The notes under the pieces: model-generated
Told to the model about the DNA's origin: nothing
The model's input: only the letters and a program-made list of their open reading frames with translations
Databases searched by the model: none
From: an uncultured Actinomycetota bacterium
GTDB lineage: Bacteria; Actinomycetota; Actinomycetes; Actinomycetales; Microbacteriaceae
Direction of reading: 5' to 3'
DNA length: 64,000 nt
Assembly (NCBI GenBank): GCA_963769005.1
Contig: CAVYKC010000003.1
Span: 60,559-124,558 of the forward strand
In this document: positions 19,313 to 28,899 of the stretch, piece after piece
Position numbering within the stretch: the stretch's first letter is position 1
How the letters are laid out: each line of letters begins with the position of its first letter
Translations under genes and position numbers: made by a program

Positions 19313-20245
19313 TCAGGTAGCCCGCGAGGTGTCGTCGAGACTCGCCGCCCACTCACGCCCCTGGGCATGGATCAATGACTGGAACGCCACGTCAGCAGGC
19401 GCACGGACACCGTCATGACGCTGCGCCAGCACGATTCGACGCGAAGGGACATCAGGGGTGAGCGGGAGCACGCGCACTCCTGGATGCCGGGTGACGACGG
19501 CACTGTGAGGCGCGAGCGCGATCCCGAGCCCGACGCTCGCCATCGCCTGCGCCTCGAGGTAGTCATTGGCTTGGAAGGAGATCCGCGGAGTGAACCCCGC
19601 TGCGGTGCTGGCTCGTTGCAGCACCTCGCCGACGGGGTGATTGTCGGCACGGATGATCCATGACTCGTCTGCGAGTTCGCGCATGCTCACCGCGGCTCGA
19701 TCCGCGAGCGGATGGTCGGCAGCGACGACCAGAACGGTGGGCTCCTCGAACACCAGGGAGAGGGCGAACCGGCGGGCATCGAGCGGGCTCCACTCGTACT
19801 CCCAGAGCAAGCACAAGCCGACCTCTCCCCGGGCGAGCATGTCCATCAGTCGGTCGATCCGGTTGGAGCGCACGTTCATCGTGATCGACGGATTCTCACG
19901 TCGGAAAGTCCCGATCACCTGCGGCAGAAAGGAACTGGCGATCGTCGGAAAGGTGCCGAGCCGCACCGATCCCGCCTCGAGGTGCGCCAGTCGATCGATG
20001 TCAGCGTGTGCGGCATCCATCTGTCGGAGGATCGTGCGCGCGTGGCCCGCCAGCGTTACCCCTGCCTCCGTGGCGATCATTCCCTCCGGCAAACGACGCA
20101 GGAGCGGCTGGCCGACTTCGAGTTCCAGCTTGCGCAGCTGCTGGGAGACCGCCGATGGCGTGTGGAAGAGGGCCTCGGCAGCCCCGGTCACCGAGCCGGT
20201 TTCGATGACACTGAGCAGAACCCTCAGCCGGTTGACGTCGAGCAT
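19313..20245 (-). CDS. LysR family regulator
   Basis: MLDVNRLRVL...GSVTGAAEALFHTPSAVSQQLRKLE; divergent from prpF operon. Confidence 0.92.
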   Translation of the reverse strand: MLDVNRLRVLLSVIETGSVTGAAEALFHTPSAVSQQLRKLELEVGQPLLRRLPEGMIATEAGVTLAGHARTILRQMDAAHADIDRLAHLEAGSVRLGTFPTIASSFLPQVIGTFRRENPSITMNVRSNRIDRLMDMLARGEVGLCLLWEYEWSPLDARRFALSLVFEEPTVLVVAADHPLADRAAVSMRELADESWIIRADNHPVGEVLQRASTAAGFTPRISFQANDYLEAQAMASVGLGIALAPHSAVVTRHPGVRVLPLTPDVPSRRIVLAQRHDGVRAPADVAFQSLIHAQGREWAASLDDTSRAT

Positions 20246-20402
20246 TTCCGATTCCTTCGTGTAGCACTTCTTCACCATGCTTCAGTGATGCATGGTGACG
20301 CTAACTCTAAGAGTAGTTCCGCGCCAATGCACGATGGTCGACGCCGGCGTCATTCCATCTGGAGGAGAGCTGTACCTGATTCACGCCCGACTGTATCAGG
20401 AA

Positions 20403-20417
20403 TGTAGCGATGCTACA
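20403..20417. promoter_or_regulatory. LysR box TGTAGC-GAT-GCTACA
   Basis: Perfect 6-3-6 palindrome containing T-N11-A, ~90 bp upstream of prpF start. Confidence 0.65.
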
Positions 20418-20506
20418 CAACATGGTGGATCTTCGAACTTGTGATTCACGCTGTTTGGGCAGAAGGTAATCCGAGTCCCGCATTGCAACCGACCGGAAGC
20501 CATCAC

Positions 20507-21631
20507 ATGTCCCACTCGATCCCCGCCACCTGGGTCCGCGGAGGCACCAGCAAGTGCTGGGTGTTCGAGCGCGAAGATCTCGAACTCCCTGGATGGACGG
20601 TCGACGAAGTGCTGCTTCGCCTCTTCGGCAGCCCCGACCCGCGCCAGCTCGATGGAATCGGCGGAGCAACATCAACGACCAGCAAGGCGGTGATCCTCGA
20701 ACGATCGCCGGACGCCGACGCCGACGTGAACTACACCTTCGCGCAGGTGGGGATCGCCGAGGCGCGCGTGGACTGGGGGTCCAACTGCGGCAACTGCTCA
20801 GCAGCCGTTGCGCCGTACGTGCTCGACCGCGGCTGGGTGACGCCCACCGCAGACGAAACGATCGTGCGTGTACGCAACACCAATACCGGCCAGCTCATCC
20901 TGCAGCGCGTCGCGACACCGGGAGCAGTTTGGTCGCCGCAGTTCGACACCGAGATCCCCGGCGTCGCCTTCGCTGGGATCGGCGTGGGGCTCGGTTTCGT
21001 CTCCCCCGCCGGCAAGACGACCGGGCACGTGCTTCCCACCGGCAACTCTGTCGATGCGTTGCAAGTGGGCGTGCCGACGATCCAGGCGAGCCTGGTGGAT
21101 GCCGGTGCGCCGCTGGTGATCATCACGCCGGAGACGGCCGGACTGAGCGATGTCGCTTACGGCGACTGGACCCGTGCAGTCGCTCCTGCCCTCCCCGCGC
21201 TCGAGGCGATCCGCCGAAGTGCTGCCGTCGCGATGGGGCTCGCCGCAGACGCGTCCAGCGCAGCACGCGCTGTTCCGAAGCTCGCCATCGTCGGCGCTCC
21301 CGAAGATCCCGACCTCAGCGACCTCGACGTACTGATGCTTTCGATGGGCGAGCCCCACCCGGCGCTGCCGATCACCGGAAGCGTGGGGCTGACCGTCGCA
21401 GGAACCCTCCCTGCCACGATCGTCGCGGAGGCTCTTTCGCCGCGCACCGACGCAGGCCTGCGCCTTCGCACACCGGCGGGAACCATCCGGACCTGGCACC
21501 GGCGAATCGACGGTGCCGATGTGTTCGGCACCCTTCGCACTGCCCGCGTCCTCGCCAGAGCGGAACTCGCGCTGGACGAAACGTCCGCACGCACATCAGG
21601 CGCGGTACCAGCAGCCCTCACCCGCGCCTGA
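20507..21631 (+). CDS. PrpF-family isomerase (AcnD-accessory/methylitaconate/oxalomesaconate isomerase-like)
   Basis: RGGTSK, GSPDPRQLDGIGGATSTTSK, NCGNC, SMGEPH, RTAR. Confidence 0.88.
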   Translation: MSHSIPATWVRGGTSKCWVFEREDLELPGWTVDEVLLRLFGSPDPRQLDGIGGATSTTSKAVILERSPDADADVNYTFAQVGIAEARVDWGSNCGNCSAAVAPYVLDRGWVTPTADETIVRVRNTNTGQLILQRVATPGAVWSPQFDTEIPGVAFAGIGVGLGFVSPAGKTTGHVLPTGNSVDALQVGVPTIQASLVDAGAPLVIITPETAGLSDVAYGDWTRAVAPALPALEAIRRSAAVAMGLAADASSAARAVPKLAIVGAPEDPDLSDLDVLMLSMGEPHPALPITGSVGLTVAGTLPATIVAEALSPRTDAGLRLRTPAGTIRTWHRRIDGADVFGTLRTARVLARAELALDETSARTSGAVPAALTRA

Positions 21632-21658
21632 TCCCGCTCACTAATCTAAGGAGCAAAG

Positions 21659-22825
21659 ATGCCCCAGATCGCCACTCTCCCCCACGAGGACACCGATGAG
21701 GACGCCCCTCCGCACCCGCGCGGGCGAGTCATCGGCATCGTCGGCGTGGCTGCCGTCGTCGGCATCGCCACCTCCCTTCTCGCCGGCGGTATCCTCAACC
21801 CGCGAGCGACCACCACGGACGGAGATTTCGCCGGAGAGACCGTCGAGGTCATGATCCCGCTCGCCGAGGGCGGCGGCACCGACACCTGGGCCAGGTTCAT
21901 CGGTCAAGAGCTGGCGCAGACCATCCCTGGCAGGCCCGGCTTCTCGCCGACGAACGACGCCGGTGGCGAGGGGATCACCGGATCGAATCACTTCGCTCAG
22001 TCGGCGGAGCCGTCCGGAACCGAACTGCTCGTGAGCACCGCGACGACCGTCGTCCCCTGGGTGCTCGGCCGCGACGTCGTCAAGTACTCCTTCGACGAGA
22101 TGACACCGATCCTCGTCAACGGCACGGGCGGCGTGCTCTATGCGCGCACGGACGCCGGAGTCGCCGGCATCGGTGATCTGATCGACCGCGACACCCCCTT
22201 GGTCTTCGGCGGGATCACTCCTACCGGCCTCGACCTGACCACCCTCGTCGCCTTCGACCTGCTGGGGGCGGATGTATCGTCGACCTTCGGATTCGAAGGC
22301 CGCGGCCCCGTGAACCTGGCACTGCAGCGCGGTGAGGTCGACCTCGACTACACGACCACAAGCGCCTATGAACCGGCGGTGCAACCACTCGTCGAAGACG
22401 GTTCCGCCGTGGTCCTGATGACCTTCGGCCAGATCGGCCCCGACGGCGACGTCATCCGCGATCCCAACTTCCCGGATGTACCGACCGTGGTCGAGGCGTA
22501 CGAAGAGCTCTACGGCAAGGCACCGAAGGGTGCCGCGTACGAGGCGTACCGCACCATGCTCGGCCTGACCTACACATATCAGAAGGGGCTGTGGGTGCCG
22601 GGCGATACTCCCGACGAGGCCGTGGATCTCCTGCGAGCGAGTGCGCGAGAACTGGCTGCGGACCCGGCCTTCACGGAGGCGGCCTCGGAAGTGCTCGGAG
22701 GCTACCCGATCGACGCCGATGACGACGTCGCGGAGCGCATCAGCGCCGCCTACAAAGTCTCGGACAGCGTTCGCGACTACCTACTCGACCTGCTCGAGAC
22801 CGACTACGACATCACCGTGCACTGA
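21659..22825 (+). CDS. Tripartite tricarboxylate transporter substrate-binding protein (TctC-like) with N-terminal TM anchor
   Basis: IPLAEGGGTDTWARF, GFEGRGPVNLALQRGEVD, PDVPT. Confidence 0.8.
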   Translation: MPQIATLPHEDTDEDAPPHPRGRVIGIVGVAAVVGIATSLLAGGILNPRATTTDGDFAGETVEVMIPLAEGGGTDTWARFIGQELAQTIPGRPGFSPTNDAGGEGITGSNHFAQSAEPSGTELLVSTATTVVPWVLGRDVVKYSFDEMTPILVNGTGGVLYARTDAGVAGIGDLIDRDTPLVFGGITPTGLDLTTLVAFDLLGADVSSTFGFEGRGPVNLALQRGEVDLDYTTTSAYEPAVQPLVEDGSAVVLMTFGQIGPDGDVIRDPNFPDVPTVVEAYEELYGKAPKGAAYEAYRTMLGLTYTYQKGLWVPGDTPDEAVDLLRASARELAADPAFTEAASEVLGGYPIDADDDVAERISAAYKVSDSVRDYLLDLLETDYDITVH

Positions 22826-22849
22826 CGCACTGGACGACAGGAAACCGAC

Positions 22850-24985
22850 ATGCTCGACGCAGCCATGGCCGCACTGGCCTCTCTGGCAGACCCATCACTC
22901 CTGTTCATGATGCTCATCGGCGTCCTCGCCGGCTTGGTCATGGGCCTCATTCCCGGACTCGGCGGCACCGCGGCCGTGGCCATCCTGCTCCCGGTGACCT
23001 TCGGGATGGAGCCAGCCGCGGCTCTCGCACTCCTCATCGGCGCACTGGCCGTCGTGCACACCTCCGACACGGTGTCCGCGGTGCTGCTCGGCGCCCCCGG
23101 ATCGGCATCCGCCTCCGTCACCATGCTCGACGGGTACTCGATGGCCCGGAAGGGTCAGGCGAAACGGGCATTGAGCCTCGCGTTCCTGTCGTCGATGGCC
23201 GGGGGGATCATCGGCGCGATCGGCCTGACCCTCGCGATCCCGCTGGCACGCCCGCTCGTGCTGTCATTCGCCAGCCCCGAGCTGTTCATGCTCACGGTGC
23301 TCGGCGTCGCGCTCGCAGCCGTCCTCTCCCGCGGAAACCTCATCAAGGGCCTGGTGTCCGGTCTCCTCGGTCTGCTGGTCGGCATGATCGGCATCGCGCC
23401 CACCACCGCCGAGGAACGCTTCACATTCGGGAGCCTGTTCCTCGGCGACGGCCTCTCCATCGTCGCCGTCGCCCTGGGCGTCTTCGGTCTCGCCGAGATC
23501 GCTTCGCGAGCCAGCAAGCGCCGCGCCGACGGCAAGCCGGTCGAGGTGACCGGCGGCTGGGGATCCGGCATCCGCGAATGGCTGACCCACTGGAGCCAGG
23601 TGATCCGCGGCTCGCTCATCGGCATCGCCGCCGGCGTCCTCCCCGGAGTCGGCGCGACGGCCGGCACGTGGATGGCGTACGGACAGGCCGTGGCGACGGC
23701 GAAGGACAAGAGCCAGTTCGGAAAGGGCGACCCGCGCGGCATCGTCGGCCCGGAGAGCGCCAACAACTCCGTCGAAGCCGGCGACCTCATCCCGACATTC
23801 CTGTTCGGCATCCCGGGCGGCGTGCCGTCGGCGCTGCTTCTGGGGATGCTGCTGACCTACGGGATCCAGCCGGGGCCGAACATCATCGGCGAACACCTCG
23901 ACCTGATGTACCTGATCATCTGGACCTTCGCGATCGCGTCGGTCCTGGGCGCTCTGCTCTGCTTCGTCGCCGTCCGACCGCTCGCTTCTCTGACTAAGGT
24001 GCCGTTCGCGATCCTCTCGGCGGGCCTTGTCGTCATCATGCTGCTGGGCGCATTCCAGGAGGGCGGCCAGATCGGCGATCTCTGGATCATGGTGCTCCTC
24101 GGAGTGGTGGGGTGGGTGATGAAGTCGATCGACATCCCCCGCGCACCCTTCCTCATCGGATTCGTGCTCGCCATCCCGATGGAGCGGTACTACTTCCTCA
24201 CCGACAGCCTGTACGACGGAATCGGATGGATGCTGCGCCCGGGCACCCTGGTCTTCATCGCCGTGCTGATCGTTCCGATCATCTGGGCGCTGGTGCGCAC
24301 GGTTCGGCGACGCGTCCGCGGGCTCAAGCCCGCAGCCGAAGCCGCCGACCATGTCATGAGCGAAGACGCGCCGCTGACGAACTCGGTATGGTCGCTCAGC
24401 GCCTCGCTGGTGGCGATCGCCGTGTTCGTAACCTCGCTCGCAGTCTCCTCCGGGTTCTCCGCCGAGGCGCAGCTGCTGCCGCAACTCGTGGGGTGGACCG
24501 GACTTCTGGTGTCCGCGCTGTTCGCCGCGAACGAGGTCCGCCTGCGGCTCGCGCAGCGCCGGAGTGCGGGTGCGGCCGGCGAGCCTGTCGAGGGCGCACG
24601 TGGGACCGACGGAGTAGCCCCCGTATCTGGGAAGGCCACGGTGCCGGCGAATGAGACGCCCGGCAACACCGAGCCGACCATGAACACCGTCTCGGTCATC
24701 ACCGATCTGGGCGACGACATCGCGGCGCTGGATGTGCCCGACCCGCACCGCACCCGGCACGCGTTCGTGACCTTCGCATGGATGGCCGGATTCCTGATCC
24801 TGAGCGCCCTGGTCGGCTATCTCGCCGCGGCGATGATCTTCGTGCCTGCATTCCTGCTCCTGCAGGCTCGAGCCAAGGTCAAGACCACGATCATCTACAC
24901 CGCGGCGATCTTCGTCTTCCTGGTCCTGCTGCCCAGCCTCCTGCCCGTCGACCTGCCGCAGGGGTTGCTGAACTCGTGGGTGTGA
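22850..24985 (+). CDS. TctA-TctB fused tripartite transporter permease
   Basis: GLIPGLG, LLGAPG...DGY, GIVGPESANN, FGIPGG, PFLIGFVL (TctA) plus ~200-aa C-terminal 4-TM TctB-like module. Confidence 0.85.
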   Translation: MLDAAMAALASLADPSLLFMMLIGVLAGLVMGLIPGLGGTAAVAILLPVTFGMEPAAALALLIGALAVVHTSDTVSAVLLGAPGSASASVTMLDGYSMARKGQAKRALSLAFLSSMAGGIIGAIGLTLAIPLARPLVLSFASPELFMLTVLGVALAAVLSRGNLIKGLVSGLLGLLVGMIGIAPTTAEERFTFGSLFLGDGLSIVAVALGVFGLAEIASRASKRRADGKPVEVTGGWGSGIREWLTHWSQVIRGSLIGIAAGVLPGVGATAGTWMAYGQAVATAKDKSQFGKGDPRGIVGPESANNSVEAGDLIPTFLFGIPGGVPSALLLGMLLTYGIQPGPNIIGEHLDLMYLIIWTFAIASVLGALLCFVAVRPLASLTKVPFAILSAGLVVIMLLGAFQEGGQIGDLWIMVLLGVVGWVMKSIDIPRAPFLIGFVLAIPMERYYFLTDSLYDGIGWMLRPGTLVFIAVLIVPIIWALVRTVRRRVRGLKPAAEAADHVMSEDAPLTNSVWSLSASLVAIAVFVTSLAVSSGFSAEAQLLPQLVGWTGLLVSALFAANEVRLRLAQRRSAGAAGEPVEGARGTDGVAPVSGKATVPANETPGNTEPTMNTVSVITDLGDDIAALDVPDPHRTRHAFVTFAWMAGFLILSALVGYLAAAMIFVPAFLLLQARAKVKTTIIYTAAIFVFLVLLPSLLPVDLPQGLLNSWV

Positions 24986-25045
24986 GCCCCGCCGGCCGGT
25001 CAAGTTCGTACCCGAGTTTTGCTCACAAGAGCATGATGAGTGAGG

Positions 25046-25073
25046 GGGACTGCTGAACGGATAGGTGACATCT
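25046..25073 (+). repeat. Orphan 28-bp terminal repeat copy 1 (GGGACTGCTGAACGGATAGGTGACATCT)
   Basis: Abuts IS3 left IR; 24/28 to copy 2 (inverted), 25/28 to copy 3. Confidence 0.8.
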
Positions 25074-25143
25074 TGACCTGCCCCACGGAAATGGTTCCAT
25101 TTTCGATGGCTAACTGGTGGCCTGATCCGGAAGGCTCATCCTC

Positions 25144-25440
25144 ATGCCACGTCCCTATCCGCCAGAGTTTCGTGGTCGCGCCGTCGCACTCGTGCGTGCC
25201 GGCAAGCAGGCCAAGCAGACCGCCGTGGAACTCGGCATCCACCCCGTCACGCTCTCGAACTGGATCCGACAGGACGACATCGACAATGGCCGCCGGCCCG
25301 GAGTCCCATCGTCGGAATCGGCTGAGCTGCGCGCAGCAAAGCGCCGCATCCGAGAGCTCGAGACCGAGCTGCTCATCGTCCGGCAAGCGGCGAAGTTCCT
25401 CGACGAGGAGCGACCCCGCCCAAAAGACTCTTCCCGGTGA
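25144..25440 (+). CDS. IS3 transposase OrfA
   Basis: MPRPYPPEFRGRAVALV...ELGIHPVTLSNWIRQ HTH; ELRAAKRRIRELETE zipper. Confidence 0.9.
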   Translation: MPRPYPPEFRGRAVALVRAGKQAKQTAVELGIHPVTLSNWIRQDDIDNGRRPGVPSSESAELRAAKRRIRELETELLIVRQAAKFLDEERPRPKDSSR

Positions 25441-26300
25441 TCGACCGCCTCGCCGACGCCGGGATCCCGATTGACCGCTGCTGCCGCGTCCTCGGGGTCG
25501 CCAGGCAGCACTACTACCGCGTCAAACGGAAGCCCCTGACCCAGTCCGAGTTGCGTAGACAGTGGCTGACCGGGCTGATCCGGGAAGTGCACGTCACCTC
25601 TCGCGGCACCTACGGATACCGCCGCGTCCACGCCGAGCTGACCATGGCGATGGGTGTCACCGTCAGCGAGCGAACCGTGCACAAGCTGATGCGTCTGGCC
25701 GGGATTTACGGGCTCCCTGGGCCCATCCGCACCAAGCGGCTCCGCGGCGTCGTCACTTCCGATGATCTCGTGAACCGAAAGTTCGCCCGGCCTCGCCCGA
25801 ACGAGCTCCGGGTCACAGACATCACGCAGCACCGCACGCGCGAAGGGTGGGTCTACTGCGCCGCCGTCCTCGACGCGTACAGTCGTCGCATCATTGGCTG
25901 GTCGATCGACTCCAAACAGGACACGACACTCGTCATCAACGCGCTGGACATGGCCATCCGGAATCGTCGTCCCGCACCGGGCGGGATCGTCCACGCGGAC
26001 CATGGAACGCAATTCACGTCGTGGCTCTTCGGGGAGAAGATCCGCTCCGCCGGGCTCCTGCCTTCGTTCGGATCGGTCGGAGATGGGCTCGACAACGCGA
26101 TGATGGAGAGCTTCTGGTCATCGATGCAGATCGAGCTCCTGAACCGTAAGAAGTGGAAGACCAGAGTCGAGCTCGCGAACGCGATCTTCGAATACATCGA
26201 GATCTTCCACAACCGGCAACGGCGACATTCCGCGCTCGGCTATCGCACGCCGATCGAATACGAGACACTCGACATCAACGACATCCCCGCCGCGAGTTAG
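25437..26300 (+). CDS. IS3 transposase OrfB (DDE)
   Basis: YGYRRVHAEL, VTDIT, HADHGTQF, DNAMMESFW, YIEIFHNRQRRHSALGY. Confidence 0.92.
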   Translation: MIDRLADAGIPIDRCCRVLGVARQHYYRVKRKPLTQSELRRQWLTGLIREVHVTSRGTYGYRRVHAELTMAMGVTVSERTVHKLMRLAGIYGLPGPIRTKRLRGVVTSDDLVNRKFARPRPNELRVTDITQHRTREGWVYCAAVLDAYSRRIIGWSIDSKQDTTLVINALDMAIRNRRPAPGGIVHADHGTQFTSWLFGEKIRSAGLLPSFGSVGDGLDNAMMESFWSSMQIELLNRKKWKTRVELANAIFEYIEIFHNRQRRHSALGYRTPIEYETLDINDIPAAS

Positions 26301-26336
26301 CGACCCGGAGTGGAACCGAATCCGTGGGGCAGGTCA

Positions 26337-26364
26337 AACTGTCACCTATCCCTGCAGCAGTCCC
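26337..26364 (-). repeat. Orphan 28-bp terminal repeat copy 2 (inverted)
   Basis: Reverse complement GGGACTGCTGCAGGGATAGGTGACAGTT abuts IS3 right IR. Confidence 0.8.
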
Positions 26365-26538
26365 GAGTTCACCTTGGTGAACACGACTGGCGGCACCCAG
26401 GTCCAGATCACCAAGTCATGGACGGGACGCCAGGGTTGGCGGAGGCGCGTCGCTTTTCCACTGCCTCCCATTCAGAAGTTCATCGTGTGGATCACCCTGT
26501 TCCAGACGGGCGGCGCGGTCAGCCGTGCATTCCGCTGA
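26365..26538 (+). pseudogene. 3' stump of a truncated gene (SRPBCC-like?)
   Basis: Open frame from the repeat boundary: EFTLVNTTGGTQVQITKSW...RAFR*; no start codon. Confidence 0.4.
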
Positions 26539-26806
26539 CTCGAGAAGCGAGACCCAGAGGCGAACTTGGAGGCGTGACTGCTGCCACATCCGAGGCAACG
26601 GTGACAATCCCGGACCCGCAGGTTCGCGCCAGACGGAGTCGTAGCCGACTCGGCTGGTCAGGCTGGGCGCTTGCCGCGGCATCCGTCTACGAGGTCCCTG
26701 CGCCTGTCGAAGTGGCAGTCGCTGCGGGAATCGAAGGCTGTACCCTCGGAGGCCGAGTCGACGGCATCTGCCAGGTGGCGAGGGTGTCACGCGCGCGTCG
26801 GAGGTT

Positions 26807-27571
26807 CTACCGGTCGAGCTGGAGGCGCGACCATGCATGGATGGAAAGCGCGCCGAAGACCAGCGGCACGCTCGGCACTGTCAGGAGTGCCGCTGTAGGA
26901 ACTGCGTCTGGGTCTATCGCCCACAATGCCGGGGCGACGATCGGTACCCACGCGCCGATCCCGATCACGGCCATGAACTGACCGATCACGACGAGCCCGA
27001 CGGTCCCGGCGATTCCGGGCAGAAGGCCACGTCCGAGCGTTGCCGCCCAGGCCGCGGGAACGGAGATGAGCGCGGTCAGCATGACGAGCGCGGGGATCCG
27101 CACGAGGTCGCGGATGCCCGAGATGTCTGCCGCCCCGTAGCCGAACGCGATGCCTACGATCGCGACGGCCGATGTCAGTAGTACGGCGATGCCCACAGCC
27201 CATCCGAAGAAGACCGTGAGTTTTGCGATCGCGATCGTTCCGCGGCGCACGGGCAGCGCGAAGAGGCCGGTCACTGTGCCGTCGGCGAACTCTCGGCCGA
27301 ACAGCCAACTGAGCGCGACGCCGAACGCGAGCAGACCGCCGGTAGCGGTGATCTGCGTCACGATCCCGACGAGCAGCGACCATCCCTTGAGGTGCGTGAG
27401 GGTGCCAAGCTTCGCAACGATCTGCGCATCGCCGGATGCAGCGCCGAGCAGCATCGCGAGCGTGAGAGCCGCGATCCCGACGATGAGGATCACGGTGATC
27501 CAGATCATGACCTTCGCCGCCATGGCCTTGCGTGCTTCGACGGAGATCGCTGTACCGACATGGTGGCTCAT
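26807..27571 (-). CDS. ABC-2 type permease (BcrB/lantibiotic-immunity-like)
   Basis: WLFGREFADGTVTGLFALPVRR..IAIAK, 6 TM. Confidence 0.85.
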   Translation of the reverse strand: MSHHVGTAISVEARKAMAAKVMIWITVILIVGIAALTLAMLLGAASGDAQIVAKLGTLTHLKGWSLLVGIVTQITATGGLLAFGVALSWLFGREFADGTVTGLFALPVRRGTIAIAKLTVFFGWAVGIAVLLTSAVAIVGIAFGYGAADISGIRDLVRIPALVMLTALISVPAAWAATLGRGLLPGIAGTVGLVVIGQFMAVIGIGAWVPIVAPALWAIDPDAVPTAALLTVPSVPLVFGALSIHAWSRLQLDR

Positions 27572-28305
27572 GACACGCTCCGGTCGAGGTCGTCGGCGTG
27601 CAGCATCGCGAAGAATGCCCGTTCGAGGTCGATGCCTGTCGGGTCGAGCGCGCCGATCGCGCGGCCTGCATTGATGACGGTGATGTGGTCGGCGATGCGC
27701 GCGACCTCGTCGAGATGATGGCTCGATACGAGGATTCCGGCGCCAGTGCGTGCGCGATGTATCAACGCCTCGCGCAGCAAGATGACACCTGCCGGGTCGA
27801 GCGCGTTCGTCGGCTCATCGAGCACGATAAGCCCTGGGTCGTGCTGGAGTGCCGCGGCGAGGCCGACCCGCTGGCGGTTGCCGAGCGAGAGCCGGTTCGC
27901 CCGTACCTGGGCGTAGCTTGAGAGCTCGAACTCAGCGATCGCTTTGTCGGCGACGTCGCGGGCCACGCGCCGTTCGATTCCGTGCAGCCGTGCGGCGACG
28001 ATGAGATTCGATCGGCCGTCGAGTTCGGCATAGATGAGCGGATGCTCCACGAGCTGCCCCACTCCCGCCCACGTTGCAGCCGGCGCATCGTGTACGTCGA
28101 AACTGTCGATGCGTACGGTACCCGCCGTCGGGCGAAGCATGCCGAGCACGAGGCGCATCAGCGTAGTTTTACCAGCTCCGTTGAGTCCGACGATCGCATG
28201 GATCTGGCCGGGAGCTACGACGAGATCGATGCCGTGCACGCCGGCACCGCCCGCGAATTCACGTACAACACCGCGCACGGCAAGTCGAGGCGCGCTCGTT
28301 GTCAT
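27568..28305 (-). CDS. ABC transporter ATP-binding protein
   Basis: GLNGAGKTT, LSLGNRQR, LDEP, SSH. Confidence 0.92.
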   Translation of the reverse strand: MTTSAPRLAVRGVVREFAGGAGVHGIDLVVAPGQIHAIVGLNGAGKTTLMRLVLGMLRPTAGTVRIDSFDVHDAPAATWAGVGQLVEHPLIYAELDGRSNLIVAARLHGIERRVARDVADKAIAEFELSSYAQVRANRLSLGNRQRVGLAAALQHDPGLIVLDEPTNALDPAGVILLREALIHRARTGAGILVSSHHLDEVARIADHITVINAGRAIGALDPTGIDLERAFFAMLHADDLDRSVS

Positions 28306-28895
28306 GACCGTACCTCGATGACATCAAGCGCTGCCTCGATCGCGTCTGCGAGCGAGCGCTCCTCGTCGTCGGCCCACGCGTGGAGGGCGGCGACGAGCGC
28401 CCCGAGCAGAGATGCTGCCGCGACGTGTGCTACCTCGGGTTCGGCGCCGTCGATAACGAGTTGTTCGATGATCGCCCGTTCGGTGTTGCCAGTGGAGCGC
28501 CACATCGCACCACGCAGGGCAGGGGTGCGTGCAACGATATGAACGCGGCGTCGGACGATCGGCGTCTCCGGCTCGGGGAGCGCCCGCCAGGCAGCGCGGA
28601 GTCCGCGGATCGCGCGCAGGAATGGTGACAGTTCGCGAGGCTGAGCCGCGATGGCGGCGATGACGTAGGGGTCATAGGGATCGTCGAGTAACAGGTGCTC
28701 CTTCGTGGGGAAGTAGCGAAAGAACGTCATCTCACTGACACCAGCGCGGTGTGCGATCTCAGAGACGGTTGTCTCGTCATAGCCATGACGTTCGAAGAGC
28801 TCCAGCCCCGCTTCGATAAGTGTGCCGAGCGTGCGCTCGCTTTTCGGCGAGCGCGTCGCCATCGCCCCGCGTGTGGTCGGTTCTGCTTCAGTCAT
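28302..28895 (-). CDS. TetR family regulator
   Basis: TTVSEIAHRAGVSEMTFFRYFPTKE; TAACAT-N6-ATG. Confidence 0.9.
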   Translation of the reverse strand: MTEAEPTTRGAMATRSPKSERTLGTLIEAGLELFERHGYDETTVSEIAHRAGVSEMTFFRYFPTKEHLLLDDPYDPYVIAAIAAQPRELSPFLRAIRGLRAAWRALPEPETPIVRRRVHIVARTPALRGAMWRSTGNTERAIIEQLVIDGAEPEVAHVAAASLLGALVAALHAWADDEERSLADAIEAALDVIEVRS

Positions 28896-28899
28896 GATC

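Larger units (their letters stand above)
25074..26336 (+). mobile_element. IS3-family insertion sequence, 1263 bp
   Basis: TG...CA ends, 26-bp IRs (23/26): TGACCTGCCCCACGGAAATGGTTCCA; orfA/orfB overlap with CCCAAAAG slippage motif at 25419-25426. Confidence 0.92.

Noticed and set aside
24581-24594. Possible fourth PSTGSG-repeat copy (GAGCCTGTCGAGGG) in the tctA-B linker
   Set aside because: Short partial match in the opposite reading sense; could be chance in GC-rich DNA
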